Below, one piece after another: positions 10,253 through 21,470 of a DNA stretch of 64,000 bases (positions are counted from its first letter, which is position 1; the number at the start of each line of letters is the position of its first letter). The notes beneath the pieces were generated by a model. The model was not told the origin of the DNA. It did no database searches and worked only from the letters and a program-made list of their open reading frames with translations. The DNA is from Candidatus Pelagibacterales bacterium (lineage in GTDB: Bacteria > Pseudomonadota > Alphaproteobacteria > Pelagibacterales > Pelagibacteraceae): the NCBI GenBank assembly GCA_965244045.1, contig OZ251704.1:189432-253431 (forward strand), written 5' to 3'. A program made the translations under genes and the position numbers.

Positions 10253-12444
10253 TAAACCTCTCTTTCTAACGTAATTGTTTTGAACGCTTCTAATACATCG
10301 CCTTTTTTAATATCGTTAAAATCTTTTAAAGACACCCCGCATTCCAATCCTGCTTTAACTTCTTTTGCTTCATTTTTTTCTCTAAATAAACTATTTACTT
10401 TTCCTGTATAAATAACAGCACCATCGCGAACTAAACGTAGTTCAGAATTATTTCTTATCTCACCATCTGTTACCCTAACTCCAGCAACTTTTCCTGCTTT
10501 TGAAACTGCAAACACCTCAAGAACTTCGCAAGTTCCTTGAGATTCTTCTTTTGTTTCTGGGGCCAATAATCCGGATATTTTTTTTGTGATGTGGTCTAAA
10601 GCTTCATAAATAATGTTAAAATAAAGAATTTCTAACTTGTAGCTACGAGCAAGGTCTTTGGCTTCTTTGTTTGGCCTTATATTAAATCCTAACAAAATAG
10701 CTTTTGAAGCTTTTGCTAGAGTTACATCGGTTTCTGTTATTGGACCTACTGAAGCTAAAATAATTTTGGGCTTAATATTTTCTACTTGAATTTTTTCAAT
10801 CGCATTAGATAAAGCTTCTAATGAACCATTTACGTCTGTTTTTAAAATAATATTAAAACTTTCCTCTGTGCTTACTTCCCCAAAAATATCATTTTTTTTA
10901 GTAGCTGCTATTTTTTTATCTTTTAATTCCTGTTTTCTAAATTCTACAATTTCTTGGACTTTGGAGTCGTCTTCTACTACTACAAAATCATCTCCAGCGT
11001 TAGGGACTCCTTGGTAACCAACAATTTCTACTGGGGTTGAGGGAGTGGCTTCATCAATTAATTGACCTGTATAATCATAAATCGCTCTCACTTTTCCGTT
11101 GCACGCACCACTTACAAAAAGATCTCCTTTTTTTAAGGTTCCTTTGGTTATTAAAACAGTTGATACTGGACCTCTTCCTTTATCTAATTTTGATTCAATC
11201 ACCACTCCAGCTGCCGAGACTGTAGGATCTGATTTCATGTCCAATAACTCAGATTGCAAAATAATTAATTCTTTTAATTTATCTAAATTAGTTTTTTTTA
11301 AAGCTGATATTTCTGCGCTCAATACATCTCCGCCCATCTCTTCAACAATTAATTCATGCTCTAATAATTGATTTCTAACTTTGTTAGGATCTGCTCCTGG
11401 CAAGTCACATTTGTTAATTGCAACAATAATTGGTACTTTAGCAGCTTTGGCATGCTGAATTGCCTCTACTGTTTGAGGTTTAATTCCATCATTAGCAGCA
11501 ACAACTAAAATAACAATGTCTGTAATTTTAGAGCCACGAGCTCTCATCTCTGTAAAAGCAGCATGACCAGGGGTATCAATAAAGGTAATTAAATTTTTAT
11601 CATTAACTTTAGTTTGATAGGCTCCTATGTGTTGGGTAATTCCACCATGCTCGGTAGCTACTACATTTGCCTGTCTAAAAGCATCTAGTAATGAAGTTTT
11701 TCCATGATCAACGTGGCCCATAATAGTCACAACTGGTGGTCTTGAGATAGCATTTTTTAAATTTTTATCTTTTGACAGAATATCTTTTAATAATTTGTCA
11801 GGCTCCTCATCTTTAACAATTTCGTGACCAAACTCTTTAACAATAAATTCAGCAGTATCCTGGTCAATACTATGATTGATTGTAACTTTTACGTTTTTTT
11901 CTAAAAGAAACTTTATTACAGCACTAGCCCTTTCTGTCATTCTATTGGCTAATTCTTGAATAGTAATAACTTTAGGTACTTTAACCTGTCTAACTATTTT
12001 TTGAGCTTCTTCACTAGAATCGCTTGATTGTTTTTTGAATTGTTTTTCTCTTGCTCTTTTAACTGAAGCCAGACTTCTCGCTCTAATTTCCTCTTCTTCA
12101 TCTTCCGAAAGTGCCTTGGTAATAGTAAGTCTATAATCTCTTTTTTTCCCTGCAGATTTTTTATCTGCTTTTAAAGATAGTTCTTCTTGAATTTTTTTCT
12201 TAGCCCATTCTTTTGTTGATTTTGGTTTATCTGGTTCATTAATAATAACTGGAGAAAAAGGTTTTTTGGTCTCTTCTATAACTTCTTGATTTTTGCGTAC
12301 AGAAACTGACTCTAAAGTTTCCTTTGATTCTTTTTTGCCAAAAATTGAAGAAGTTTTTTGAGATTGTACTTTATTTACAGAACTGGGAGCGCTTCCAGTA
12401 AAATTTTTTAACGTTAACTTTTTTTTCTTTTCTTTTGTGCTCAT
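10252..12444 (-). CDS. infB: Translation initiation factor IF-2
   Basis: RPPVVTIMGHVDHGKTSLLD, DTPGHAAF, NKCD. Confidence 0.98.
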   Translation of the reverse strand: MSTKEKKKKLTLKNFTGSAPSSVNKVQSQKTSSIFGKKESKETLESVSVRKNQEVIEETKKPFSPVIINEPDKPKSTKEWAKKKIQEELSLKADKKSAGKKRDYRLTITKALSEDEEEEIRARSLASVKRAREKQFKKQSSDSSEEAQKIVRQVKVPKVITIQELANRMTERASAVIKFLLEKNVKVTINHSIDQDTAEFIVKEFGHEIVKDEEPDKLLKDILSKDKNLKNAISRPPVVTIMGHVDHGKTSLLDAFRQANVVATEHGGITQHIGAYQTKVNDKNLITFIDTPGHAAFTEMRARGSKITDIVILVVAANDGIKPQTVEAIQHAKAAKVPIIVAINKCDLPGADPNKVRNQLLEHELIVEEMGGDVLSAEISALKKTNLDKLKELIILQSELLDMKSDPTVSAAGVVIESKLDKGRGPVSTVLITKGTLKKGDLFVSGACNGKVRAIYDYTGQLIDEATPSTPVEIVGYQGVPNAGDDFVVVEDDSKVQEIVEFRKQELKDKKIAATKKNDIFGEVSTEESFNIILKTDVNGSLEALSNAIEKIQVENIKPKIILASVGPITETDVTLAKASKAILLGFNIRPNKEAKDLARSYKLEILYFNIIYEALDHITKKISGLLAPETKEESQGTCEVLEVFAVSKAGKVAGVRVTDGEIRNNSELRLVRDGAVIYTGKVNSLFREKNEAKEVKAGLECGVSLKDFNDIKKGDVLEAFKTITLEREV

Positions 12445-12465
12445 TATTTTTCACCTTAGTTCTCA

Positions 12466-14010
12466 CTAAATATCGAAAACTTTTTTTCTAGCTCGCATAA
12501 TTAAATCATCTGCATCTTTTCTAGAAATATCAAATTCTTCAAGAATACCATCAAATTTCTCTCTTTTTCCTTTAATTTCATCATATCCACCGATTAGCTC
12601 ATCCGTGGACAACTCAGCAAAATCTTTTAGAGTTTTAATATTGTCTTCACCTAAAATCAGCAGCATACCTAGACTTAGACCTTTGTGGCTCGCAAGATCG
12701 TCTTGAATACCTAACTCTTTAACTCTTTTTGAAATTTCTTCCGCTTCTTCTTCTATAAATTCTTTTGCTCTATTTCTTAATTCAGTAGCAGTTTCTTCAT
12801 CAAAGCCTTCTATTTTTAAAAAATCTTCCACAGAAGCTGCTGCAATCTTTTCTATTGTTGAAAAGTTTTCTGCAACAAGTAATTGTGCCATGGTAGTATC
12901 AATTTCTAAACTCTTAACTAGCTTGTCAGTATTAACTTTAAACTCTGACTGTCTTTTTTCAGACTCTTCCTTATCTGTTAAAATATCTATTTCATAATCT
13001 AATAATTTAGATGCTAACCTAACATTTTGTCCTCTTCTACCAATGGCTTTGCTTAAATTATTTTCATCGATTACTACTTCTATTCTTCTTTCGTCTTGTG
13101 CAATAATAACTTTCATAACCTCGGCTGGGGATAGAGCACTTTTCACTAGAGCAGTTGCATCTTCTGTCCAATTAATAATGTCAATTTTTTCTCCCTGTAA
13201 CTCATTAACAATTGCCTGGACCCGACTACCGCGCATTCCCACACATGCTCCCACTGGATCTATGGAGCTGTCTTTTGATTGAACGCAGATTTTTGCTCTA
13301 CTGCCTGGGTCACGGGCAACAGATTTGATAGTAATTGTTCCTTCATAAATTTCTGGAACTTCTTGATAGAAAAGTTTAGCTAAAAATTGAGGATGTGCTC
13401 TTGATAAAAATATCTGAGGACCTTTGCTTTCTCTTCTCACATCATAACAATATGCTTTGATCCTATCGCCATTTTTTAAATTTTCTCTAGGAATTAATTC
13501 TTCTCTTCTTATAATGGCTTCTGATTTTTGTAGATCAACAATAATATTTCCATACTCAGATCTCTTTACAATACCACTCAAAATTTCACCAACTTTGTCT
13601 TTAAATTCCTCAAACTGCCTGTCTCGTTCTGCATCTCTAATTTGATGAGAAATCACTTGTTTTGCGGTCTGCGCTGCAATTCTTCCGAAATCTACTGGTG
13701 GAAGCTCTTCATTAATAATATCATCAAGTTTAGCATCACTTTTTTTTTCTAATGCTGCTTCTAAGCTAATCTCAGAATGGCTATTAGTAACTTTATTTAC
13801 TACTTTTAATTTTCTTCCTAATTCAATCTTTCCTGTAGATCTGTCTATTTGAACATAGATTTCATTTTCATTTCCGTATCTAGTTTTTGCAGCCTTTTCT
13901 ATTGCGCTTTCCATAGAAGTTAGAACAAGGTCTTTACTAATAGATTTTTCATCAGCAACTGCGTCTGCAATTCTAATTAATTCAGTACTATCAATTCTGT
14001 TATTAAGCAT
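12466..14010 (-). CDS. nusA: Transcription termination/antitermination factor NusA (likely start ATG 14010)
   Basis: FGRIAAQTAKQVI, ARDPGSRAKI, DPVGACVGMRGSRVQ, AIGRRGQNVRLA. Confidence 0.97.
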   Translation of the reverse strand: MLNNRIDSTELIRIADAVADEKSISKDLVLTSMESAIEKAAKTRYGNENEIYVQIDRSTGKIELGRKLKVVNKVTNSHSEISLEAALEKKSDAKLDDIINEELPPVDFGRIAAQTAKQVISHQIRDAERDRQFEEFKDKVGEILSGIVKRSEYGNIIVDLQKSEAIIRREELIPRENLKNGDRIKAYCYDVRRESKGPQIFLSRAHPQFLAKLFYQEVPEIYEGTITIKSVARDPGSRAKICVQSKDSSIDPVGACVGMRGSRVQAIVNELQGEKIDIINWTEDATALVKSALSPAEVMKVIIAQDERRIEVVIDENNLSKAIGRRGQNVRLASKLLDYEIDILTDKEESEKRQSEFKVNTDKLVKSLEIDTTMAQLLVAENFSTIEKIAAASVEDFLKIEGFDEETATELRNRAKEFIEEEAEEISKRVKELGIQDDLASHKGLSLGMLLILGEDNIKTLKDFAELSTDELIGGYDEIKGKREKFDGILEEFDISRKDADDLIMRARKKVFDI

Positions 14011-14023
14011 TTTGGTTTTTAGT

Positions 14024-14044
14024 AAAAAAAAAGGGCCTAAGCCC
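14024..14044 (-). terminator. Terminator/attenuator-like hairpin in the nusA leader
   Basis: Minus strand GGGC-TTAG-GCCC followed by T9, ending 13 nt before the nusA ATG. Confidence 0.6.
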
Positions 14045-14084
14045 ATTTCTTAATTGTTAATTTTCAAGGAAATTACTCCAATAA

Positions 14085-14725
14085 TTACAATTTTACAATA
14101 ACTAAAAAATTTACATTATTTCCTAATTTTTGGGCTCTCTTAAAATACTTTGTCAAAACTAGCCTTTTATTGTCTTTTTTTTGAATAAGAATGGTAGTCG
14201 TTTTGCTTACATCTTCCTCTAAAATCAATAAACTTTTTTCATAATAATCCTCGTTATCAGTAGCAAAAAAAAGTCTGCCCTTTGAAATTATTTTTTTTAA
14301 AATCATTTTTATAAAATCAGCTTGAAACAATCTTCTTTTGTGATGTTTTTTTTTTGGCCAAGGATCAGGAAATAAAATAAAAACCTCATCAAAATATAAT
14401 TTTTTAAATTCCTCTAAAAACTCTTGAATTGGACATGCGGAAATAAATATATTTTCAATTTTTTCTCTAACGCACGTAAATATAACTTCAGCAATACCAT
14501 TTAAAAAAGGATCAACGCCAATTATGTATTTATCTGGATTTTGCTTTGCCAGCTCTATCAAATGGTGCCCCATTCCAAATCCTATTTCTAGCAAAACAGG
14601 TTTGTTTTGGATTAGCTTATTGGGATGAAATAAAAATTTATTATAAAACTCTTTTAAAATTTTTTTTTTTCTATGGAAATTTTACGAGATTGATATCTTC
14701 CAAAAAAAACTTTCTGTTTAATCAT
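14085..14725 (-). pseudogene. trmB: tRNA (guanine-N7)-methyltransferase TrmB, frameshifted at an A11 run as sequenced
   Basis: LEIGFGMG, LFPDPWPKKKHHKRRL, FATD motifs; ATG 14725 overlaps metK stop; one extra A in the run at 14660-14670 gives a 213-aa ORF. Confidence 0.85.
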
Positions 14726-15888
14726 TAAATTTCTTTTTTAAAAATTTCTATACAATCCACTTTTTCCCAACTAAATGATCCGTCTTTATCTGGAGATCTA
14801 CCAAAGTGTCCATAAGCAGCTGTTTTTTTGTAAATTGGTTTATTTAGCTCTAATTTTTCTCTAATGCCTCTTGGACTCAAATTAAAATTGTTTTTTATAA
14901 CTTTTATTATTTTATTTACTAAATTTTCATTTTCTTGAAAAATATCTAAATAAATCGATAAAGGTTGTGAAACTCCAATCGCATAGGATAATTGAATAAC
15001 AGCTTTATCTACTATTCCTGATGCTACAATATTTTTGGCTAGGTATCTGGCCATATACGCAGCAGATCTATCTACCTTGGTAGGATCTTTTCCTGAAAAA
15101 GCTCCACCACCATGAAATGAAGCGCCACCATAAGTATCTACAATGATTTTTCTTCCTGTTAGACCAGTATCTCCATCTGGGCCACCAATAACAAATTTAC
15201 CTGTCGGATTCACGTAAAATTGATCTTCAGGACAAACCCAGTTTTCTGGCAGAATCTTTTTCACATAAGGTCTAATCATTTCTTTTACTTGTTTTTGATT
15301 AACTGTTTCATCATGTTGTGAAGAAACTACAACAGAACTAACTCCTATTGGTTTTTGATTTTCATATATAACAGAAATTTGACTTTTAGAATCTGGACCT
15401 AAAAGTTTTAATTCACCTGATTTTCTTGCTTGAGCTAACGATTGTAAAATTTTATGAGAATAAATAATAGGAGCTGGCATTAATTCTTTTGTTTCATTGC
15501 AAGCATAACCAAACATTATTCCCTGATCTCCTGCACCCTCATCTTTTTCGTTGCCTCCCGAATCTACACCTTGAGCAATATCAGCTGACTGTTCATGCAA
15601 ATAATTAAAAAACTCAAGATTTTTCCAATGAAAACCTTTTTGCTCGTATCCGATATTTTTGATTTGCTCTCTAATGGCTTTTTCTATTTCATCAGAACTA
15701 ATTTTCGGCCCTCTTACTTCTCCTGATATTACAACTTTATTAGTTGTGGCTAGAGTTTCGCAAGCGACTCTGCTTTCATTAAATTTTGAAATATATAAAT
15801 CTAGTACTGTATCAGAAACAATATCACATACCTTGTCTGGGTGACCTTCAGACACAGACTCGCTTGTAAAAATGTAGTTTTTATTCAT
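14725..15888 (-). CDS. metK: S-adenosylmethionine synthase
   Basis: [35 protein letters not shown]. Confidence 0.98.
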   Translation of the reverse strand: MNKNYIFTSESVSEGHPDKVCDIVSDTVLDLYISKFNESRVACETLATTNKVVISGEVRGPKISSDEIEKAIREQIKNIGYEQKGFHWKNLEFFNYLHEQSADIAQGVDSGGNEKDEGAGDQGIMFGYACNETKELMPAPIIYSHKILQSLAQARKSGELKLLGPDSKSQISVIYENQKPIGVSSVVVSSQHDETVNQKQVKEMIRPYVKKILPENWVCPEDQFYVNPTGKFVIGGPDGDTGLTGRKIIVDTYGGASFHGGGAFSGKDPTKVDRSAAYMARYLAKNIVASGIVDKAVIQLSYAIGVSQPLSIYLDIFQENENLVNKIIKVIKNNFNLSPRGIREKLELNKPIYKKTAAYGHFGRSPDKDGSFSWEKVDCIEIFKKEI

Positions 15889-17398
15889 TTTTTTTTCTAA
15901 GAAACAAAAGGATTATAGAACTTATAAAAATTAGTAAATAAAATATTTTATTTTCATAAATATTAAATAAAGTTTTTTCATTTTGTATATAAATATCACC
16001 TGCTACTGAGGATATTTGAGTGAAATCAATTTTTTGATTGATAGTTCCGTTAGGCCTGATACTTGCTGAAATTCCTTGATTTGTTGATCGAATTACCTGT
16101 TTACCTTGCTCTATAGCTCTAAACTGCGAATGAACCAAATGCTGAACGGTACCCGCAGATTTATTAAACCAGCCATCTTCTGAAATATTTAAAATAAAAT
16201 CATAATCTTTCTTTTCTGGATTTAATGTACCTGAAAAAATTATTTCATAACACAATAATGGTAAAAATTTTATTTCATTATTAACAGAAATGGGATTTCT
16301 ATTATTACCTTTGGAAAAAGATCCGTATCCAAAAGTAACTTTTTTTAAATTTATTTTTTCTAAAAAAGAATAAAAAGGTATAAATTCTCCAAAAGGAACT
16401 AATTTAATTTTATTATAACTAGATAGAATTTCAGCTTTGTTATTTAACAACAACAAACTATTATAAAAATCATCTTTTTTAAATATTGTAGCTCCTAAAA
16501 TAATTAAATGATTGTTAGAAAAGTTTTTACTAAATAGATCACGATACTCTTTTAAACTATCAGAATTGGCAAATACTCCTTCAGGCCAAATAAATAAAAT
16601 TTTTTCATTTTTATATTTTTTCGGATTGCTAAGTTTTATCAACTGCTCAACATAAATAGATTGATAATTTTCATTATTAAAATCCTTAATATTCTGATCA
16701 GGTTGCAATATTACAACTTTTAGATCTGAGATTTTACTTAGACTAGTGTTTATTAATAATAATTTTCCAAAGTAATAATTAGAACATAAAACCAATCCTA
16801 TAAAAATAATATTCAAAAAAAATTTTTTATAATTAAATCTATCTAAAAATAAAAAAGGTAAACAAAAAATTAATATAGATAAAAAATTAAGAGAATGGGT
16901 ACCTATTAATCTTAAAATCTGAAGGTGTTCCAATGACCAACTCCAAGTATATACAAAAAGATTCCAAGGAAATCCTGAAAACATAATTCCTCTCAAAAAA
17001 TCAAAAACTGACAGAACTATTGAAAAAACTAAAATAAAATAAACATTATTAGAAATGAATTTTTTTAAAACTATAAATGCAAATCCGTAAAAACAAGCAA
17101 GTAACGATGGAATAACAATTAAAGCTATAGGCTTTAAAAAAACCAATTTGTCATCAAAATTTAAAGAATAAATTATCCAATATAAATTAGTTAAAAAATA
17201 CCCATATCCAAACAAAAAACCTATTTTAAAAATTACTTCACTAAACTGATCCCTATTTAAAAAGAGCAAATATAATAGTGAGGGAAAAACTAAAAAAGAT
17301 AAAAAGGTAAAATTATACGGAGGTAAAGTTAGAGATAAAAATCCACCTAACAACAAAGCTAAGATATATTTATTAATTGAAAAAAAAAATTTTTTCAT
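15881..17398 (-). CDS. lnt: Apolipoprotein N-acyltransferase
   Basis: Multi-TM; GFPWN, WPE, KLVPFGE, LLCYE, FRAIEQG. Confidence 0.94.
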   Translation of the reverse strand: MKKFFFSINKYILALLLGGFLSLTLPPYNFTFLSFLVFPSLLYLLFLNRDQFSEVIFKIGFLFGYGYFLTNLYWIIYSLNFDDKLVFLKPIALIVIPSLLACFYGFAFIVLKKFISNNVYFILVFSIVLSVFDFLRGIMFSGFPWNLFVYTWSWSLEHLQILRLIGTHSLNFLSILIFCLPFLFLDRFNYKKFFLNIIFIGLVLCSNYYFGKLLLINTSLSKISDLKVVILQPDQNIKDFNNENYQSIYVEQLIKLSNPKKYKNEKILFIWPEGVFANSDSLKEYRDLFSKNFSNNHLIILGATIFKKDDFYNSLLLLNNKAEILSSYNKIKLVPFGEFIPFYSFLEKINLKKVTFGYGSFSKGNNRNPISVNNEIKFLPLLCYEIIFSGTLNPEKKDYDFILNISEDGWFNKSAGTVQHLVHSQFRAIEQGKQVIRSTNQGISASIRPNGTINQKIDFTQISSVAGDIYIQNEKTLFNIYENKIFYLLIFISSIILLFLRKKNE

Positions 17399-17400
17399 TA

Positions 17401-18241
17401 TTAAGATCTAAAAATTTTTAGAACTTTAATTTTTCTGGGATCAGCGTCTATAATCTCAAAAATGTAAGGAGGGTTTGATTTTATAACTTCTCCTTTTTGT
17501 GGAACTCTATTTACTATAGAAAAAACATAACCTCCCAAGGTATCAATGTTATCAACATTAAAATTAATATTTGTTTTTTTTTCAAATTCTCCTAACTCCA
17601 TTTTTGCGTCAGCTATAAAGGTATTATCGTTAATTTTTTTGAACTCAACAACCTCTTCTTGGTCATGCTCATCTTGAATTTCTCCAACGATTTCTTCGAC
17701 TAAGTCTTCAATTGTAACCAATCCATCAGTACCTCCATGTTCATCAATGACAAGCGCCATATGAAGTTTGGTAGATTGCATTTTTAGCAAAATATTAAGT
17801 ACGGGCATTGATGGAGGTACAAACAAAACATTTTTAATAATATTTTTTAGATTTAAGTTATTTCGTCGCTTCTTGCGAATTTAATTGAATAAGGTCCTTT
17901 ATATGAACCATCCCCAAAACATCATCTAAGTCTTTTCTATAAATAGGAATTCTTGAGTGCGACTCTTGTTTAATAATTGTAATCAAATCATCAAAACTAG
18001 CAGTATGTGGGGCACAAATAATTTCAGCTCTTGGTATCATAATGTCTAGAGCTTTAAGTTTATTAATAGTCAGTATATTTTCTAATATTGCTCTTTCCTT
18101 TTTACTCAAATCAAAACCAGAATCTCCATTTTGAGAGCTTTCTTCAATCGCATCTTGAATGCTTTCTCTTAAATTGCTCTGGTCTTTAAATAATAACTTA
18201 CTAATTTTATTGAAAAAATTCTCTTTTTTTTCTTGTTTCAT
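17401..18241 (-). pseudogene. corC: CorC/HlyC CBS-domain transporter-associated protein split by a 1-nt frameshift
   Basis: 5' part IMIPRAE...HSRIPIY...HIKDL stops at 17858; 3' part VLFVPPSM...DEHGGTDGLVTIEDLVEEIVGEIQDEHD in the +1 frame; ybeY-corC-lnt order. Confidence 0.85.
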
Positions 18242-18690
18242 ATTTTATTTAAAATCTTTTTTTCTAATGCATTCATTATTTTATAATTTGCATCATTATT
18301 ATGTTCATAACCAATTAAATGCAAACACCCATGAACATATATTTTATGTAAATAATCTAAAAAATTCATTTGTTGTTTTTTTATATATTCAAATGACAGT
18401 GCCAAATCACCTAAATATAAATTTTTAACTAATTTTTTTTGCAAAAAGAATTTTTTTTTATAATTAGGAAAAGATAATACATCAGTATCTTTAAAAATAT
18501 TTCTAAATTTTTTATTTAATAATTTCATATTTTTTGTATTAGTTAATAATATAGTAACTTCTAAATGTTTATTTTTAAAATTTTTTAAATTACTAAAAAC
18601 TATTTCAAAGTTTTTATTTAAAATTTTATTAATATTGGGAACTTGCTGTCTCCATTTTTTTTCCTGGACAACAACATTTACTTTATACAT
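18238..18690 (-). CDS. ybeY: rRNA maturation endoribonuclease YbeY
   Basis: DTDVLSFP, YLGDL, HGCLHLIGYEH. Confidence 0.94.
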   Translation of the reverse strand: MYKVNVVVQEKKWRQQVPNINKILNKNFEIVFSNLKNFKNKHLEVTILLTNTKNMKLLNKKFRNIFKDTDVLSFPNYKKKFFLQKKLVKNLYLGDLALSFEYIKKQQMNFLDYLHKIYVHGCLHLIGYEHNNDANYKIMNALEKKILNKI

Positions 18691-19702
18691 CAAATGAATT
18701 TTTTTTATAGGCCTCGATAATTTTTGAAACTAAGGGGTGTCTCTGAACATCTGATGCATCAAATTTTACTATTTTAATTTCATCTATCCCACTTAACACA
18801 TTGGCTGAATTCATTAATCCTGATATCTTAGAATTAGGTAAATCAATCTGTGTGGGATCTCCATTAACAACCATAGTAGTATTTTTACCAAGTCTGGTTA
18901 AAAACATTTTTATTTGTGTTTCGGTTGCATTTTGTGCTTCATCTAAAATTACAAAGGAATCTTTTAATGTTCTACCTCGCATAAAGGCCAAAGGGGCTAT
19001 TTCTATCGAGCCATCTTCTATTTTTTTATTCATTTTTTCATGACCTATTAATTCACTTAAAGAGTCATAAAGAGGTATAAGATACGGATCAATTTTATCT
19101 TTCAAATCCCCTGGAAGAAATCCAAGATTTTCTCCCGCTTCAACTGCCGGTCTAGATAAAATTATTTTTTTTACCTCTCCCGCAATTAATTTTTTAACAG
19201 CAACCGCAACAGGGAGAAAAGTTTTTCCCGTGCCAGCCGGGCCAAGAGCATAAATCACATTGTACTTAAGAAGTATTTCTAGATATTTTTTTTGTTTTTC
19301 AGTTCTTGCATAAACTGTCTTTTTTGGAGTTTTAATTATAAAATCATTATTAATATTTTGAGCTTCCTCATCTAATTCTCCAATATAAAAATTTTTTGAC
19401 TCAAAATTATATGCTGAAATGATATCGTCCTCTTCAAAATCACTCTTTTCAAATGATTTTTTTAATAATGAGCCAATAACTTTAATGACAGCCTCAGAAT
19501 CTTTTTTATCACCTTTAATAGTAACCAGATTTCCTCTCAAGCTTATTTTTGTATTAGATATTTTTTCTAATAATGAAAAATTTTCATCATGACTGCCACT
19601 TATTTTTGCTAAAGAGTAATTATTCTTAATGTGAATGCTGACAGAATCTTTTTTTGAGTCCAGAACTTGCAAAAGATCATTTGATATTGCCAATTTATTC
19701 AT
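18683..19702 (-). CDS. PhoH-family ATPase (YbeZ-like)
   Basis: GPAGTGKT, RPAVEAGENLGFLPG, APLAFMRGRTL, ILDEAQN. Confidence 0.93.
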   Translation of the reverse strand: MNKLAISNDLLQVLDSKKDSVSIHIKNNYSLAKISGSHDENFSLLEKISNTKISLRGNLVTIKGDKKDSEAVIKVIGSLLKKSFEKSDFEEDDIISAYNFESKNFYIGELDEEAQNINNDFIIKTPKKTVYARTEKQKKYLEILLKYNVIYALGPAGTGKTFLPVAVAVKKLIAGEVKKIILSRPAVEAGENLGFLPGDLKDKIDPYLIPLYDSLSELIGHEKMNKKIEDGSIEIAPLAFMRGRTLKDSFVILDEAQNATETQIKMFLTRLGKNTTMVVNGDPTQIDLPNSKISGLMNSANVLSGIDEIKIVKFDASDVQRHPLVSKIIEAYKKNSFDV

Positions 19703-21015
19703 CAATTATTAGCAATAATTCCAAATAAATTATTTTTATTACAAGATTGTATTCTAACATCTGCTATCGAGCCAGGAATAAAGTTATTTCCATTTACAAA
19801 AACTGCCTGCATGTGCTCGTTTCTTCCAAAAAATTGATCTCCTTTTGTAGTGATATTTTCTAATAACACTTTTGATTTGGTATTAATTTTACTTTCATTA
19901 AATTTTATTTGCAAATCAAACAATTTTTTTTGCAATAGTTCAAGTCTATTTTGAGCTATTTCTATTGGTATTTGCTCATAATCAACAGCTGGAGTTCCTG
20001 GTCTTTGACTATAAATAAATGAATAAGAATTCGAAAACTTTACTTGATCTATAAGATCTAAAGTATCCGCAAAATCTTTATCGGTTTCTCCTGGGTAGCC
20101 CACAATAAAATCACTGGAAAATTCAATACTGTTCCTGGCATTTTTAAACTTTTCTATAAGCTCTAAATAAAATTCCCTAGTATGTTTTCTATTCATCAAT
20201 TCTAAAATTTTATTAGATCCTGATTGAACTGGTAAATGTAACTGTGGCATAAGTTTTTCTTGATATTTAAAAATATTAATAAGATCTTCATCAAAATCTT
20301 TTGGGTGTGAAGTGGTAAAACGAATACGTTTTATTTCTTGAATAGAAGCAATTAGATTAATTAACTTAGAAAGATTGATATCATGATATTTATATCCACT
20401 TACATTCTGACCTAAAAGAGTAATTTCTTTAGTTCCATTTTTCACCAAACTTTTAATTTCATTTAAAATCTGATCTGGATTTCGAGAAAATTCTGGTCCT
20501 CTCGTATAGGGCACAACACAAAATTTACAAAATTTGTCACATCCTTCTTGAATAGTTATAAAAGTCGAAATTTTCGAACAAGAGTTTTTATAATTTTCTA
20601 ATGAACTAAACTTATCTGAAACATCTAGATCAGTATTAGAAATATTTTCTTCATTTGCCTCATAATTTTTAATTAATGTGGGTAGCTTATGATACGCTTG
20701 CGGGCCCACTACAATATCTACAAAATCACTTTTTTCAAAAACAATTGAGGATTCTGCCTGAGCTACACATCCAGCTAAAATAAAAATAGGTTTATTTTTT
20801 TTATTTCTAAAAATTTTTTTTATTTTGCCAATATCTGAATAAACTTTTTGTGTAGCTTTTTCTCTAATATGACAAGTGTTAAATATAAAACAATCAGCAG
20901 ATTCTATTTCACTAACTTTTTTATAATTAATAGAAGACATTAAATCTGAAATACGATTAGAGTCATACTCATTCATTTGACAACCAAAAGTTTTTATAAC
21001 GAAATTTTTAGACAA
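19702..21015 (-). CDS. miaB: tRNA-2-methylthio-N6-dimethylallyladenosine synthase
   Basis: TFGCQMNEYDS, NTCHIREKA, CDKFCKFC radical-SAM motif, TRAM tail. Confidence 0.96.
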   Translation of the reverse strand: MSKNFVIKTFGCQMNEYDSNRISDLMSSINYKKVSEIESADCFIFNTCHIREKATQKVYSDIGKIKKIFRNKKNKPIFILAGCVAQAESSIVFEKSDFVDIVVGPQAYHKLPTLIKNYEANEENISNTDLDVSDKFSSLENYKNSCSKISTFITIQEGCDKFCKFCVVPYTRGPEFSRNPDQILNEIKSLVKNGTKEITLLGQNVSGYKYHDINLSKLINLIASIQEIKRIRFTTSHPKDFDEDLINIFKYQEKLMPQLHLPVQSGSNKILELMNRKHTREFYLELIEKFKNARNSIEFSSDFIVGYPGETDKDFADTLDLIDQVKFSNSYSFIYSQRPGTPAVDYEQIPIEIAQNRLELLQKKLFDLQIKFNESKINTKSKVLLENITTKGDQFFGRNEHMQAVFVNGNNFIPGSIADVRIQSCNKNNLFGIIANN

Positions 21016-21459
21016 TTAATTTTTTTTCTTTTTACAATACAATTCTAACCTATGATCCACTAAATCAAAACCAAGCTTGTTAGCAATTTTTTTTTTTAAA
21101 GTTTCAATTTCTTCATCCACAAACTCTATTATTTCACCGCTGTTTATGTCTATCAAATGATCGTGGTGGGTTTCAGTTACTGCTTCATATCTTGATTTGC
21201 CTTCTTTAAATTCATGCTTATCAATAATATTAGCCTCCTCCAAAAGCTTTACAGTTCTGTACACAGTCGCAATACTTATTTTTTTATCGATAGTAACTGC
21301 TCTTTTATGTAACTCATCTACATCAGGATGAAATTTAGTATCCATAATTGTTTCTTCTAATAATTTTACAATTACTTTTCGTTGATCAGTGAGGCGCAAA
21401 CCTTTATCGACACATTTTTTTTCTAAGTTAATTGCAAATGGTGAAGTTCTATTAATCAT
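21016..21459 (-). CDS. Fur-family transcriptional regulator (Fur/Mur)
   Basis: GLRLTDQR, HPDVDEL, ISIATVYRT, HHDHLID. Confidence 0.92.
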   Translation of the reverse strand: MINRTSPFAINLEKKCVDKGLRLTDQRKVIVKLLEETIMDTKFHPDVDELHKRAVTIDKKISIATVYRTVKLLEEANIIDKHEFKEGKSRYEAVTETHHDHLIDINSGEIIEFVDEEIETLKKKIANKLGFDLVDHRLELYCKKKKN

Positions 21460-21470
21460 AATTAAATTAC

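Noticed and set aside
14011-14046. N-terminal extension MGLGPFFLLKTK on NusA
   Set aside because: It is the translation of the leader hairpin and T-tract; ATG 14010 fits NusA better.
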